Positions 51,512 through 63,372 of a DNA stretch of 64,000 nucleotides are shown here, one piece after another (the stretch's first letter is position 1; each line of letters begins with the position of its first letter). The notes under the pieces were generated by a model. The model was not told where the DNA came from and ran no database searches. It saw nothing but the letters and a program-made list of their open reading frames with translations. The translations under genes and the position numbers were made by a program. This stretch comes from Malacoraja senta (taxonomy: Eukaryota): the NCBI GenBank assembly GCA_038087875.1, contig JAXLNO010000446.1, positions 930,001 through 994,000 on the forward strand, read 5' to 3'.

Positions 51512-51940
51512 TTATACTCGCTAGAATTTAGGAGATTGAGAGGGGATCTTATAGAAACGTACAAAATTCTTATGGGGTTGGACAGGCTAGATGCAGCAAG
51601 ATTGTTCCCGATGTTGGGGAAGTCCAGGACAAGGGGTCACAGCTTAAGGATAAGGGGGAAATCCTTTAAGACAGAGATGAGGAAAAACTTTTTCACACAG
51701 AGAGTGGTGAATCTCTGGAACTCTCTGCCACAGAGGGTAGTTGAGGCCAGTTCATTGGCTATATTTAAGAGGGAGTTAGATGTGGCCCTTGTGGCTAAAG
51801 GGATCAGGGGGTATGGAGAGAAGGCAGGTACGGGATACTGAGTTGGATGATCAGCCATGATCATATTGAATGGCGGTGCAGGCTCGAAGGGCCGAATGGC
51901 CTACTCCTGCACCTATTTTCTATGTATCTATGTATCTATG
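51512..51940 (+). mobile_element. CR1 3' fragment inside a SINE
   Basis: ORF 51506..51841; nearly identical to 25476-25905. Confidence 0.9.
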
Positions 51941-52026
51941 TCCTCCGGTTTAATCCCACATCCCAAATGCATGCAGACTTTTAGGTTAATTGGCTTCGGT
52001 AAATCATCCCCAGTGTGTAGGTAGAA

Positions 52027-52804
52027 CTAGACTAAGTGGGACCCGTTGGGTCCCAGCATCACACGGCAGAGCTGGTCCCCCAACACAATATTCCACCTCA
52101 CCACCAATTCCAATATTGGTGGCCAGTGGGTGGGGGGGGGGGGGGGTTCTGGAGCGCTAGTATGGGTGTTGTGAGCTGAAGGGACTGGTTTCCAGAGGGC
52201 TAGTATGGACATTGTGGGCTGAATGGATGCTTGGGCTGGCGGCTCAGTCACTCAAGCCTGTTGTGCTGGCAGTGCACTCACTCACGGCTGGTGGGCTGGC
52301 AGTTGACTCACGGCTATTCCTTGAAATTCCATTTCAAGCAGGGTGCAAGGCCACCAAATTCATGCAGTTTCATACCACTTCAAGCAGGGTGCAAGGCCAC
52401 CAAATTCATGCAGTTTCTTACCACTTCAAGCAGGGTGCAAGGCCACCAAATTCAAGTGCAGTTTCATACCATTTCAAGCAGGGTGCAAGGCCACTAAAAA
52501 CAGCGAGTCGTGACCTCTCCCTCCTCCATCTTGCAGTAACTGAGCCACGCCGCACTTCTGGGTTTTATAGTCCCTCCCACCAGAAGGGGCGTGGCCTTCA
52601 TGGCATGATAGACAGGAAAGAGAATCTCAACATTTTTAAAACAATAATAACTCTTTTATTTTTCATCGATGGGAAAATTCCTCTTGTCCTGCGCAGCGGA
52701 GGGGGACTCTGAGTAAGATGGCCATAAATCACAGCCATAAGCGGCAGCGTTTTTTCTAAAATCAATATAGGAAGTGGTCAAGATCAGACTTTTAGTAATA
52801 TAGA
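52027..52804 (-). mobile_element. Complete non-autonomous Helitron (778 bp)
   Basis: Minus strand: A|TCTATATTACTAAAAG ... GGGACCC-AAC-GGGTCCC hairpin, ACTTAGT, CTAG|T; no TSD; inserted between A and T of a SINE. Confidence 0.88.
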
Positions 52805-53204
52805 TAGTGTGATTGCTGGTTGGTGCGGACTCGGTGGGCCGAAGGGCCTGTTTACATGCTGTATCTCTAAAATAAATTAAAACATTGAATGGCGGTGCTG
52901 GCTGGAAGGGCCGAATGGCCTACTCCTACACCTATTGTCTATTGTCTATTGTCTAAACCAAACTAAACTAAGGTGTATAAAATCATGAGTGGAATAGATA
53001 GTGTGAATACAGAGAGTGTTTTACCCAGAGAAGGGGAATCAGGAACCAGAGGACATAGTTTAGTTTTGTTCAATAGACAATAGACAATAGGTGCAGGAGT
53101 AGGCCATTCGGCCCTTCGAGCCAGCACCGCCATTCAATATGATCATGGCTGATCATCCAATAATCAATACCCCATTCCTGCCTTCTCCCCATATCCCCTG
53201 ACGG

Positions 53205-53495
53205 TTTTGTTTGGAGATACAGCATGGAAGCAGGCCCTTCGGCCCATCAAGTCCAAGCAGACCAGTGATCACCCCATACACCAGCATTATCCTACACACA
53301 CCAGGGACAATTTACAATTTTATTGAAGCCAATTAACCTACAAACCTGTACGTCTTTGGAGTGCTGGAGGAAATCGGAGCACCCGGAGAAAACCCACACA
53401 GGTCACAGGGAGAACGTGCAAACTCCGTACAGACAGCACCTGTAGTCAGGATCGAACCCAGGACCTGGCGCTGTGAGGCAGCAACTCTACCGCTG
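53205..53495 (-). mobile_element. HE1-like SINE
   Basis: Core, B-box and tail. Confidence 0.85.
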
Positions 53496-53644
53496 CCGAA
53501 GTTTAAGGTGAGGGGGGGAAAGATTGAATAGGACTCTGAAGGGCAACCTTTCTCACTCAGATGGTGGTGAGGGGGATGGAACGAGCTGCCAGAGGAGGTA
53601 GTTGAGGCAGGTACTATCACAAAGTTTAAAAGACACTTGGACAG

Positions 53645-55467
53645 AAAGAAACATAGAAAAATTGAAAATAGGTGCAGGAGTAGGCCATTCAGCCCTTCGA
53701 GCCAGCACTGCCATTCAATATGATCATGGCTGATCATCTAAAATCAGTACCCCATTCCAGCTTTTTCCCCATATCCCTTGATTCCTTTAGCCTGAAGAGC
53801 TAAATCTAACTCTCTTGAAAACATCCAGTGAATTGGCCTCCACTGCCTTCTGTAGCAGAGAATTCCACAGATTCGCAACTCTCTGGATGAAGAAGATTTT
53901 CCTCATCTCAGGCCTACCCCTTATTCTTAAACTGTGACCCCTGGTTCTGGACTCCCCCAACATCGGGAACATTTTTCCTGCATCTAGCTTGCCCAATCCT
54001 TTAAGAATGTTATAAGTTTCTATTAGATATCCTCTCATCCTTCTAAATTCCAGTGAATACAAGCCCAGTCGACCCATTCTTTCATCATATGTCAGTCCAG
54101 CCATCCCGGGAATTAACCTGGTGAACCTACGCTGCACTCGCTCAATTGCAATGCTGTCCTTCCTCAAATTAGGAGACCAAAATTGCACACAATACTCCAA
54201 GTGTGTTCTCACCAGGGCCCTATACAACTGCAGTAGGACCTCCTTGCTCCTAAACTCAAATCCACTTGCAATGAAGGCCACATGCCTTCTTCACTCCCTG
54301 CTGTGCCTGCATGCTTACTTCCAGTGACTGATGTACAACCATATCCAGGTGTCATTGCATCTCCACTTTTCCTAATATGACACCATTCAGGTAATAATCT
54401 GCCTTCCTGTTCTTGCCACCAAAGTGTATAACCTCACATTTACCCACATTATACTGCATCTGCCATGCATCTGCCCACTCACCTAACCTATCAAAGTCAC
54501 CCTGCAACCTCATAGCATCCTCATCGCAGCTCACACTGCCACCCAGCTTTGTGTCATCCGCAAACTTGGAGATGTCACATTTAATTCCCTCTTCTAAATC
54601 GTTAATATATATTGTAAATAACTGTGGTCCCAGCACCGAGCCTTGTGGTACCCGACTAGTCACTAACTGTCATTCTGAAAAAGACCTGTTAATTCCTACT
54701 GTTAAAGAAGGAACTGCAGATGCTGGAAAATCGAAGGTACACAAAAATGCTGGAGAAACTCAGCGGGTGCAGCAGCATCTATGGAGCGAAGGAAATAGGT
54801 AACGTTTCGGGCCGAAACCCTTCTTCAGACTGATAAGGGGTGGGGAGAAGAAAGGAAAAAAGGAAAAAGGCGGAGGAGGAGCCCGAGGGCTGGGGGAGGG
54901 GAGGAGACAACCAGAGGGCTGATGAAGGGGAGGGGACAGCAAGGGCTAGCAGAATTGGGAGAATTCAATGTTCAAGCCCCCAGGATGTAGACTGCCCAAG
55001 CAGAATATGAGGTGCATTTCCTCCTGCTAATTCCTACTCTTTGCTTCCTGTCTGCCAACCAGTTCTCTATCCATGTCAATACCCTCCCCCCAATACCATA
55101 TGCTCTAATTTTGCACACTAATTCTTGTGTGGAACCCTTATCCATTCTACTTGTTCCATCTTCAAAAAATTCCAGAAGATTAGTCAAGCATGATATCCCG
55201 TTCATAAATCCATGCTGACTTTGACCGATCCCGTCACTGCTTTCCAAATGCGCTGCTATAACATCTTTAACAATGAACTCCAGCATCTTCCCCACTACCG
55301 ATGTCAGGCTAACTGGTCTATAATTCCCCGTTTTCTCTCTCCCTCCTTTCTTAAAAAGTGGAGTTACATTGTCTACCCTCCAGTCCACAGGAACTGACCC
55401 AGAGTCGAGAGAACATTGGAAAATGATCACCGAAGCATCCACGATTTCTAGGGCCACCTCCTTGAAA
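53645..55467 (-). mobile_element. CR1 RT to 3' end, interrupted by a PLE fragment
   Basis: ORFs 54972..55457, 54352..54663, 53787..54281. Confidence 0.9.
54701..55027 (-). mobile_element. PLE 3' fragment with intact hammerhead-like core
   Basis: 11-bp TSD TAATTCCTACT (54690-54700 and 55028-55038); GIY-YIG C-terminal codons; core at 54798-54830. Confidence 0.85.
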
Positions 55468-55764
55468 GGACCAAGTAAAGCCTTGTTTGACAGCGACGCC
55501 CTTGCAATGTGGAAGAGTTACAGGACTGCAGTTCATCTTTTTATATTTTATTTAGAGTCTGCGTCTCTCAGCCAAATCATTAGATTGATGTCAGTAACAA
55601 GTGCGGTGCTGGCTCGAAGGGCCGAATGGCCTCCTCCTGCACCTATTTTCTATGTTTCTAAGTGGTGATAATTTTACAGCCTTCAATACCGAGACATTTG
55701 CTTTTTGGAAAAAAAATAAAAAAAATAAACGATCCCTGTATGTTTCTGGTGCCTTCACGACTAT

Positions 55765-56062
55765 TAGTTCAGTTTAAGTTAGAGAATGCAGCACGGAAAC
55801 AGGCTCTTCGGCCCACCAAGTCCGCGCCGACCAGCGATCACCCCGTACGCTAGCACTACCCTACACACCGGGGACAATTTATAGATGCCACTTAACCTAC
55901 AAACCGGTACGTCTTTGGAGTGTGGGAGGAAACCGGAGCACCCGGAGAAAACCCACGCAGGTCACGGGGAGAACGTTCAAACTCCGTACAGACAGCGCCC
56001 GTAGTCAGGATGGAACCCGGGTCTCTGGCGCTGTGAGGCAGCAACTCTACCGCTGCGCCACC
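55765..56062 (-). mobile_element. HE1-like SINE
   Basis: Head, core and tail. Confidence 0.9.
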
Positions 56063-57525
56063 TTAAAATACGTGAGATATTAAATTGCCAAAAGCAGCAA
56101 ATAATATATCTTATCTAGGGTCTAGTTATCCTGGATAACTTCATCTCACCTTCAAATAGGGTAACATTCAAAGGAGTTTAGTTCAGCTTACTTTACAATC
56201 TGTTATTTTAAAAACATATTTATTTAGTTTTTGAAAGCCCATTGTCTGGATCAAAACCTTTTATAATGCTGGTATTTACACTATTATAGTTCAGGCCAAC
56301 TACTTAAATAACATTAATATCATAAAAATAACAATTATATTTTAATACATTCAAGTAGTTAGTAAATGCAGATCGCTGGTCTGAATGAACTCTGATAACT
56401 GCAGGTTCATGAGGGAACAAGGAGCTGCAGATGCAGGAATATTGAGCAGAATATAAAGTGCTGGAGGAACTCAGAGGGTCAGGCAGCATCTGTGGAGGGA
56501 AAGGACAGATTGGGACACTCCTTCAGAGTCTGAACATAGAATGGTACAACACAGGAACAGGCCCTTCGACTTTTTCACGCAGAGGGTTGTGAGTCTGTGG
56601 AATTCTCTGCCTCAGAGGGCGGTGTAGGCCGGTTCTCTGGATACTTTCAAGAGAGAGCTAGATAGGGCTCTTAAAGATAGCGGAGTCAGTATTGTTGAGA
56701 CAGGGGATATGGGGAGAAGGCAGGAACGGGGTACTGATTGGGGATGATCAGCCATGATCACATTGAATGGCGGTGCTGGCTGGAAGGGCCGAATGGCCTA
56801 CTCCTGCACCTATTGTCTATTGTCACATTTCAAGAGTATTTCATTATCAGGCAATGGAAGATTGAAATTATGAGAGAATTAGAAACAAATCATTGCAGCT
56901 GCTGGTTTACAAAAGAGAACACCCGACACAATCATCTTGGGGACAGACATTGTGTTCCGGTCCGTTCCGACGTTGGAGTTCCGATCATCCCGAAGAGAGA
57001 GCCTGTACATCGGGCCATCAGTAGCAGCGACTGCGGAGGGTTCAAAGGGAACCTTCTCAGTGGGAAAGTTGATTCCGCTGTGTGAGGATGTTCATGTTAA
57101 ACTCTATCGTGTATTGTGTTCATTTTATACGTATGCCTGCACAGTAACACAAAGGGTTCCGATCGGAAACACCATCAGATCAGATCATTCCCCTCAAAGA
57201 TGCTGCCTGTCCCACTGACTTGAGTACACTGGTTCTATGTTATCCCACTGTATCATTAACTCCCGACACACCACAGGCAATTTACAGAGGGCCAATTAAC
57301 TCGCACATTTGGGAGTGTGGGAGGAAACCGGAGCTCCCAGAGAAAACCCACGCAGGTCACGGGGAGAAGGTACAATCTCCGTACAGAGAGTCAGGATTGA
57401 ACCCGGGTCTCTGGCGCTGTGAGGCAGCAACTCTACCGCTGCGCCACTCTATGACTCTGAATTTACGAGTCTGGTGGTGAGCGCTTCCAAGCCTCTACAT
57501 CCATACTGCAACTTCCTCCAGCTGA

Positions 57526-57993
57526 GGGCGGCACGGTGGCCCAGCGGTAGAGTTGCTGCCTCACAGCGCCAGAGACCCGGGTTCCATCCTGACTACGGGT
57601 GCTGTCTGTACGGAGTTTGTACGTTCTCCCTGTGACCACGTGGGTTTTCTCCGGGTGCTCCGGTTTCCCACACTCCGCAGACATGCAGGTTTGTGGGTTA
57701 ATTGGCTTAGTAAAATTGCAAACTGTCCCTAGTGTGTGTAGGATAGTGTTAGATTGCGGGGATCGCTGGTCAGTGCGAACTCTGGGTACATTCAAGAGAG
57801 AGCTAGATAGGGCTCTTAAAGATAAGGGGATATGGGGAGAAGGCAGGAACGGGGTACTGATTGTGGATAATCAGCCATGATCATATTGAATGGCGGTGCT
57901 GGCTGGAAGGGCCGAATGGCCTATTGTCTATTGTCTATTGACTCGGTGGGCCGAAGGGCTTGTTTCTGCGCTGTATGTCTAAACTAAACTAAA
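57526..57993 (+). mobile_element. HE1-like SINE split by a CR1 tail (~57783-57940)
   Basis: ACTC on both sides of the insert. Confidence 0.85.
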
Positions 57994-58477
57994 TATAAAG
58001 CTGACCATCTCGTGCTTGTTGATACACCCCTACATTCTTCACATCAGCTGTGGCCTCCGCAGCATCTGTTCTCTACAATTGCCTTCGTTTAATCCCTCTG
58101 TTGTCCAGAAAAACCTCCCGACAATCCACGCCCTGAGAAAATGACTGCCTACCTCTCAAAACTCTCATAAGGCTCAAATCTAATATAACGTGATTACCTT
58201 TCAGGAAACATGTTGGGGAATTAGCTGTTTGCAAATACATTTTGCAAAAACCATAATTCCTACAATCTGTGCACTCTGTGATTTCTTCAAAAAATTCATT
58301 AATTTAAATTAGCCAAGCAGGACCTGCCCTTTGCAAGTCAAAGCTGCTGGAAAATATTCATCTATTAAATCTATACACCTTTCCGTCAAAGATCAAGAAC
58401 GGTAAATCCCTCCAAATTAATTCATTCTACAAGTGAAAGTCTATTAGATGAACAATTAAACCCCCAGCAGCAAAAAT

Positions 58478-59023
58478 GCTGAGTTACTCCAGCACTCTGT
58501 GAAACGTCACCTATCCATGTTCTCCACAGATGCTGCCTGACCCGCTGAGTTACTCCAGCACTCTGTGAAACGTCACCTATCCATGTTCTCCACAGATGCT
58601 GCCTGACCCGCTGAGTTACTCCAGCACTCTGTGAAACGTCACCTATCCATGTTCTCCACAGATGCTGCCTGACCCGCTGAGTTACTCCAGCACTCTGTGA
58701 AACGTCACCTATCCATGTTCTCCACAGATGCTGCCTGACCCGCTGAGTTACTCCAGCACTCTGTGAAACGTCACCTATCCATGTTCCGGCAGCATCTATG
58801 GAGCGAAGGAAATAGGCAATGTTTCGGCCCGAAACCCTTCCGGGTTTCAGCCCGAAACGTTGCCTATTTCCTTCAGGGTTTCGGCCCGAAAGGTTGCCCA
58901 TTTCCTTCGCTCCACAGATGCTGCCTGACCCGCTGAGTTACTCCAGCACTCTGTGAAACGTCACCTATCCATGTTCTCCACAGATGCTGCCTGACCCGCT
59001 GAGTTAATCCAGCACTCTGTGTC
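58478..59023 (+). repeat. 66-bp array plus fold-back (copy D)
   Basis: GAAACGTC at 58501, 58567, 58633 (period 66); insert 58788-58925. Confidence 0.92.
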
Positions 59024-59806
59024 CATTATCAGTGGGGTTTTCTGTCAGTCACATCATACACGTGTAATTCTGTGGAACCCATTAGTCAAAGTGAAAACAC
59101 CACGACGAACAATGACATTGTAGCTGTAGACATCTTACAGAATCACCTGCTGTTTTCTCCGATCTTCAGAATACTGGAACCTAATGCAGTTTGAGTTGAG
59201 AGAGAATCTCCTGAGAGGACCTCCATAAGGATGCCAGAGTCTCCTGATAAAGACAGAAGGAGTTACAGAGTGGTAAAGTGATGCAGCATGGAAACAGGCC
59301 CTTCGGTCCAATTTGCTCGCACCAGCCAACATGTCTCAGCGCCACTCGTCCCACCTGCCTGTGTTTGCCCCGTATCCCTCTCAACCTGTCCTGTCTGTGT
59401 ACCTGTCCAAAAGTCTTTCAAATGTTGTTATAGTCCCTGCCTCAACTACCTCCTCTGGCAGCTCAATCCATACACCCGCCACCCTCTGTAGGAGATGGTT
59501 GCCCCTCAGGCAACTGTGTTCAAATGATCACACTAGTCCAATAGTCCAAACCCAGCATCAACTTTGTCTTGTGCAACTGTAACATGACATCCCCACTATT
59601 ACATTCAGTGCTCTGTGTGATAAAGGATAATGTACCAAAAGGCTTTTTGAACGCTCTATCTACCTGTGACACCACTTTCATGGAAGGATGTACCTGTGCT
59701 CCTCGATCTCTCTGCTCTACAACACTCCCCAGAGCCCTGATATTCACCACCTTTAAACATGTGGACATGCAGGTCATTGGTTTACCAAAACCCCCCACAA
59801 AATGTC

Positions 59807-60250
59807 AGCGTAACTCAGCGGGTCAGGCAGCATCTGTGGAGAACATGGATAGGTGACGTTTCACAGAGTGCTGGAGTAACTCAGCGGGTCAGGCAGCATC
59901 TGTGGAGCGAAGGAAATGGGCAACCTTTCGGGCCGAAACCCTGAAGGAAATAGGCAACGTTTCGGGCCGAAACCCGAAAGGGTTTCGGGCCGAAACGTTG
60001 CCTATTTCCTTCGCTCTATAGATGCTGCCGGAACATGGATAGGTGACGTTTCACAGAGTGCTGGGGTAACTCAGCGGGTCAGGCAGCATCTGTAGAGAAC
60101 ATGGATAGGTGACGTTTCACAGAGTGCTGGAGTAACTCAGCGGGTCAGGCAGCATCTGTGGAGAACATGGATAGGTGACGTTTCACAGAGTGCTGGAGTA
60201 ACTCAGCGGGTCAGGCAGCATCTGTGGAGAACATGGAAAGGTGACGTTTC
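59807..60250 (-). repeat. 66-bp array plus fold-back (copy E), followed by an inverted PLE terminal repeat 60300-60406
   Basis: Insert 59892-60029. Confidence 0.9.
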
Positions 60251-60539
60251 GGATTTGAGAATGTTTCATCGGACTGCGAGTCAGGGGAGCCTCAACCGGA
60301 AACGTCATCTATTTTTTTCCTCAGAGATGCTGCCTGACCCGATGAGTTACTCCAGCGTTTTGAGTCTATGTTCGGTGTAAACCAGCATCTGCAGTTCCTT
60401 CCTGCATTACAAACACCTCTGAATGTTCAAATAACTTTGTGGGGAGAAAGCAATTCGCATTGAAAGTCCAGGCACCAACATTACAGGAGACACAAGAACT
60501 TCAGATGCTGTATTTTTGATCGAAACACAAAGTGCCGTG

Positions 60540-60830
60540 TAGAGCTGCTGCCTCACAGCGCCAGAGACCCGGGTTCCATCCTGACTGCGGGTGCTGTCTG
60601 TACGGAGTTTGTACGTTCTCCCCGTGACCTCGTGGGTTTTCTCCGGGTGCTCCGGTTTCCTCCCACACTGCAATGATGTACAGGTTTGTAGGTTAATTGG
60701 CTTGGTGTATAATTGTAAATTGTCCCTAGCGTGTGTCGGATATTGTTGGTGTGCGGGGATCGCTGGTCGGTGCGGACTCGTTGGGCCACAGGGAATGTTT
60801 CCGCACTGTATCTCTAAACTAAACTAAACT
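60540..60830 (+). mobile_element. HE1-like SINE
   Basis: Core and (TAAAC)n tail. Confidence 0.85.
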
Positions 60831-60837
60831 AATATTT

Positions 60838-61470
60838 AAGGTACACAAAAATCGATATCTCCTTCGTTCCATAGATGCTGCCGCACCCGCTGAGTTCCTC
60901 CAGCATTTTTGTGTACCTTCGATTTTCCAGCATCTGCAGTTCCTTCTTTAACATTTAAAACTAATATTTATTCTATTAATAATATCTATTGCATCCGCTG
61001 CTCTAGATATCAGCTGATCTACATCGGTGAGACCAAGCGGAGGCTTGGCGATCGTTTAGCCAAACACCTCCGCTCGGTCCGCAATAACCAATCTGATCTC
61101 CCGGTGGCTCAGCACTTCAACTCCCCCTCCCATTCCGAATCCGACCTTTCTGTCCTGGGCCTCCTCCACGGCCAGAGTGAGCACCACCGGAAATTGGAGG
61201 AGCAGCACCTCATATTTCGCTTGGGCAGTTTACACCCCAGCGGTATGAACATTGACTTCTCCAATTTCAGGTAGTCCTTGCTTTCTCCTCCCCTTCTCAG
61301 CTCTCCCTCAGCCCTCTGGCTCCCACCACCCTACATCAGTCTGAAGAAGGGTTTCGGCACGAAATGTTGCCTATTTCCTTCGCTCCATAGATACTGCCGC
61401 ACCCGCTGAGTTTCTCCAGCACTTTTGTCTACCTTAGATTTTCCAGCATCTGCAGTTCCTTCTTAAACGC
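60838..61470 (+). mobile_element. Penelope-like element: partial terminal repeat, GIY-YIG domain, terminal repeat
   Basis: Direct repeats ~60860-60952 and ~61375-61468; hammerhead-like core at 61341. Confidence 0.88.
60980..61274 (+). pseudogene. PLE GIY-YIG endonuclease domain (5'-truncated)
   Basis: NIYCIRCSRYQLIYIGETKRRLGDRLAKH...VAQHF...EEQHLIFRLGSLHPSGMN. Confidence 0.9.
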
Positions 61471-61744
61471 TAAACTAATATTTGTTCCTTTCACCAATCT
61501 GATTTATACAGATTTTGTGAGCATCAAATATTGTTTGTGTGGAAAGTTGCTGAGAACACATTCATTGCCACAGTTGAGTAATTACCCCGGTTGTTATTAA
61601 ATCTTTTCCCCCTCACCTTAAACCTATGTCCTCTGGTTCTCGATTCCCCTACACTGGGCAAGAGACTCTGTGCGTCTACCCGATCTATTGTTCCCACAAA
61701 ATTATCACATATTTGTGGTCAGCAGGTTGTTAGTAAATTGTAAT

Positions 61745-62080
61745 TAGTTTAGTTTACTTTCGCTTAATTTAGTTTAGTTTTAGAGATACAGTGTGGAAAC
61801 AGGCCCTTCTTTTCACCGAGTCCGCGCCGACCAGCGATCCACGTATACTAAAATTATTCTACACACACTAGGGACAATTTACAATTATACCAAGCCAATT
61901 AACCTGCAAACCTGTACGTCTTTGGAGTGTGGGAGGAAACCGGAGCACCCGGAGAAAACCCACGCAGGTCACGGGGATGAACGTACAAACTCCGCACAGA
62001 CAGCAACCCGTAGTCAGGATGGAAGCCGGGTCTCTGGCGCTGTGAGGCAGCAACTCTACCGCTGCGCCACCGTGCCACCC
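61745..62080 (-). mobile_element. HE1-like SINE, full length
   Basis: Head GGGTGGCACGGTGGCGCAGCGG, core and tail. Confidence 0.9.
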
Positions 62081-62817
62081 ACTGGGCAAATGACCACACT
62101 GTTTGGCAAATTTGTGATCAAAGAGGCTGTTAATAAATTGTAATTGTTGGTAATTCGGGATAACATGTCATGAAATTGTCCATCATCAAGGAGCGAAGAC
62201 ATCAATGATTCATTTAGCAAGATCGCTTTGCAAATTATATAATCATCGTCTGGTTAAGTCCCAATTTTTTTTAAGTTGAACCAGTACAGTAAACACCGAG
62301 CTCTCAAAAGACGATCAGTTTTTCTTTGCTCTGTTTCATCTCATTTAAACTTATTCATGAGATGTCTTCTGGGTGGTATTTAGAGTGAATTTTTAATGCT
62401 TTTACCGGTTTGCAAGAATTACTTTCTTGGGAGAATCTTCATGAAAGATGTTACCCGTAGCAACCAGACTTCTTCTCCCTCATATTCTTTAGCATATATT
62501 TTCATAATATCAGAAGTAAGTCATTTGGATACAGATATAACTATTATTACTACACATCAATTACCTGATTTATAATTCAACAATATAACCTTTAATTCAA
62601 TTTAAACCAAACATCGGGTGTATAAAATTACATTAATTTATCATTGGCCACTAAATATTAATTATATTTGGAGTCCTTCGTTCACTTATAAAAGAACAAA
62701 AAAAACAGGACAGAAAATTGCAATTTTATGGAATGCAATTAAACTTAAGGTGAAATTATTCTCAGGTCAAAAATGTAGATTTTGCAGTTAGAAATAGTCT
62801 TAATCATCAAAAATAAA

Positions 62818-63372
62818 GACACAGAGTGCTGGAGTAACTCAGCGGGTCAGGCAGCATCTGTGGAGAACATGGATAGGTGACGTTTCACAGAGTGCTGGAG
62901 TAACTCAGCGGGTCAGGCAGCATCTGTGGAGCGAAGGAAATGGGCAACCTTTCGGGCCCAAACCCTGAAGGATTTCGGGCCGAAACGTTGCCTATTTCCT
63001 TCGCTCTATAGATGCTGCCGGAACATGGATAGGTGACGTTTCACAGAGTGCTGGAGTAACTCAGCGGGTCAGGCAGCATCTGTGGAGAACATGGATAGGT
63101 GACGTTTCACAGAGTGCTGGAGTAACTCAGCGGGTCAGGCAGCATCTGTGGAGAACATGGATAGGTGACGTTTCACAGAGTGCTGGAGTGACTCAGCGGG
63201 TCAGGCAGCATCTGTGGAGAACATGGATAGGTGACGTTTCACAGAGTGCTGGAGTGACTCAGCGGGTCAGGCAGCATCTGTGGGGAACATGGATAGGTGA
63301 CGTTTCACAGAGTGCTGGAGTAACTCAGCGGGTCAGGCAGCATCTGTGGAGAAACGGAATAGATGACATTTC
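62818..63372 (-). repeat. 66-bp array plus fold-back (copy F, insert 34 bp shorter), followed by two opposed hammerhead-like remnants (63365-63395, 63440-63470)
   Basis: Insert 62916-63019. Confidence 0.9.

Noticed and set aside
58422..58901. Repetitive-protein ORFs (RQHLWRTWIGDVSQSAGVTQRV)n, also at 3698, 35088, 35389, 63188
   Set aside because: By-product of a 66-bp stop-free unit; no gene structure
58478..59023. CRISPR-like regular repeats
   Set aside because: Units are contiguous and identical with no unique spacers, no cas genes, eukaryotic context
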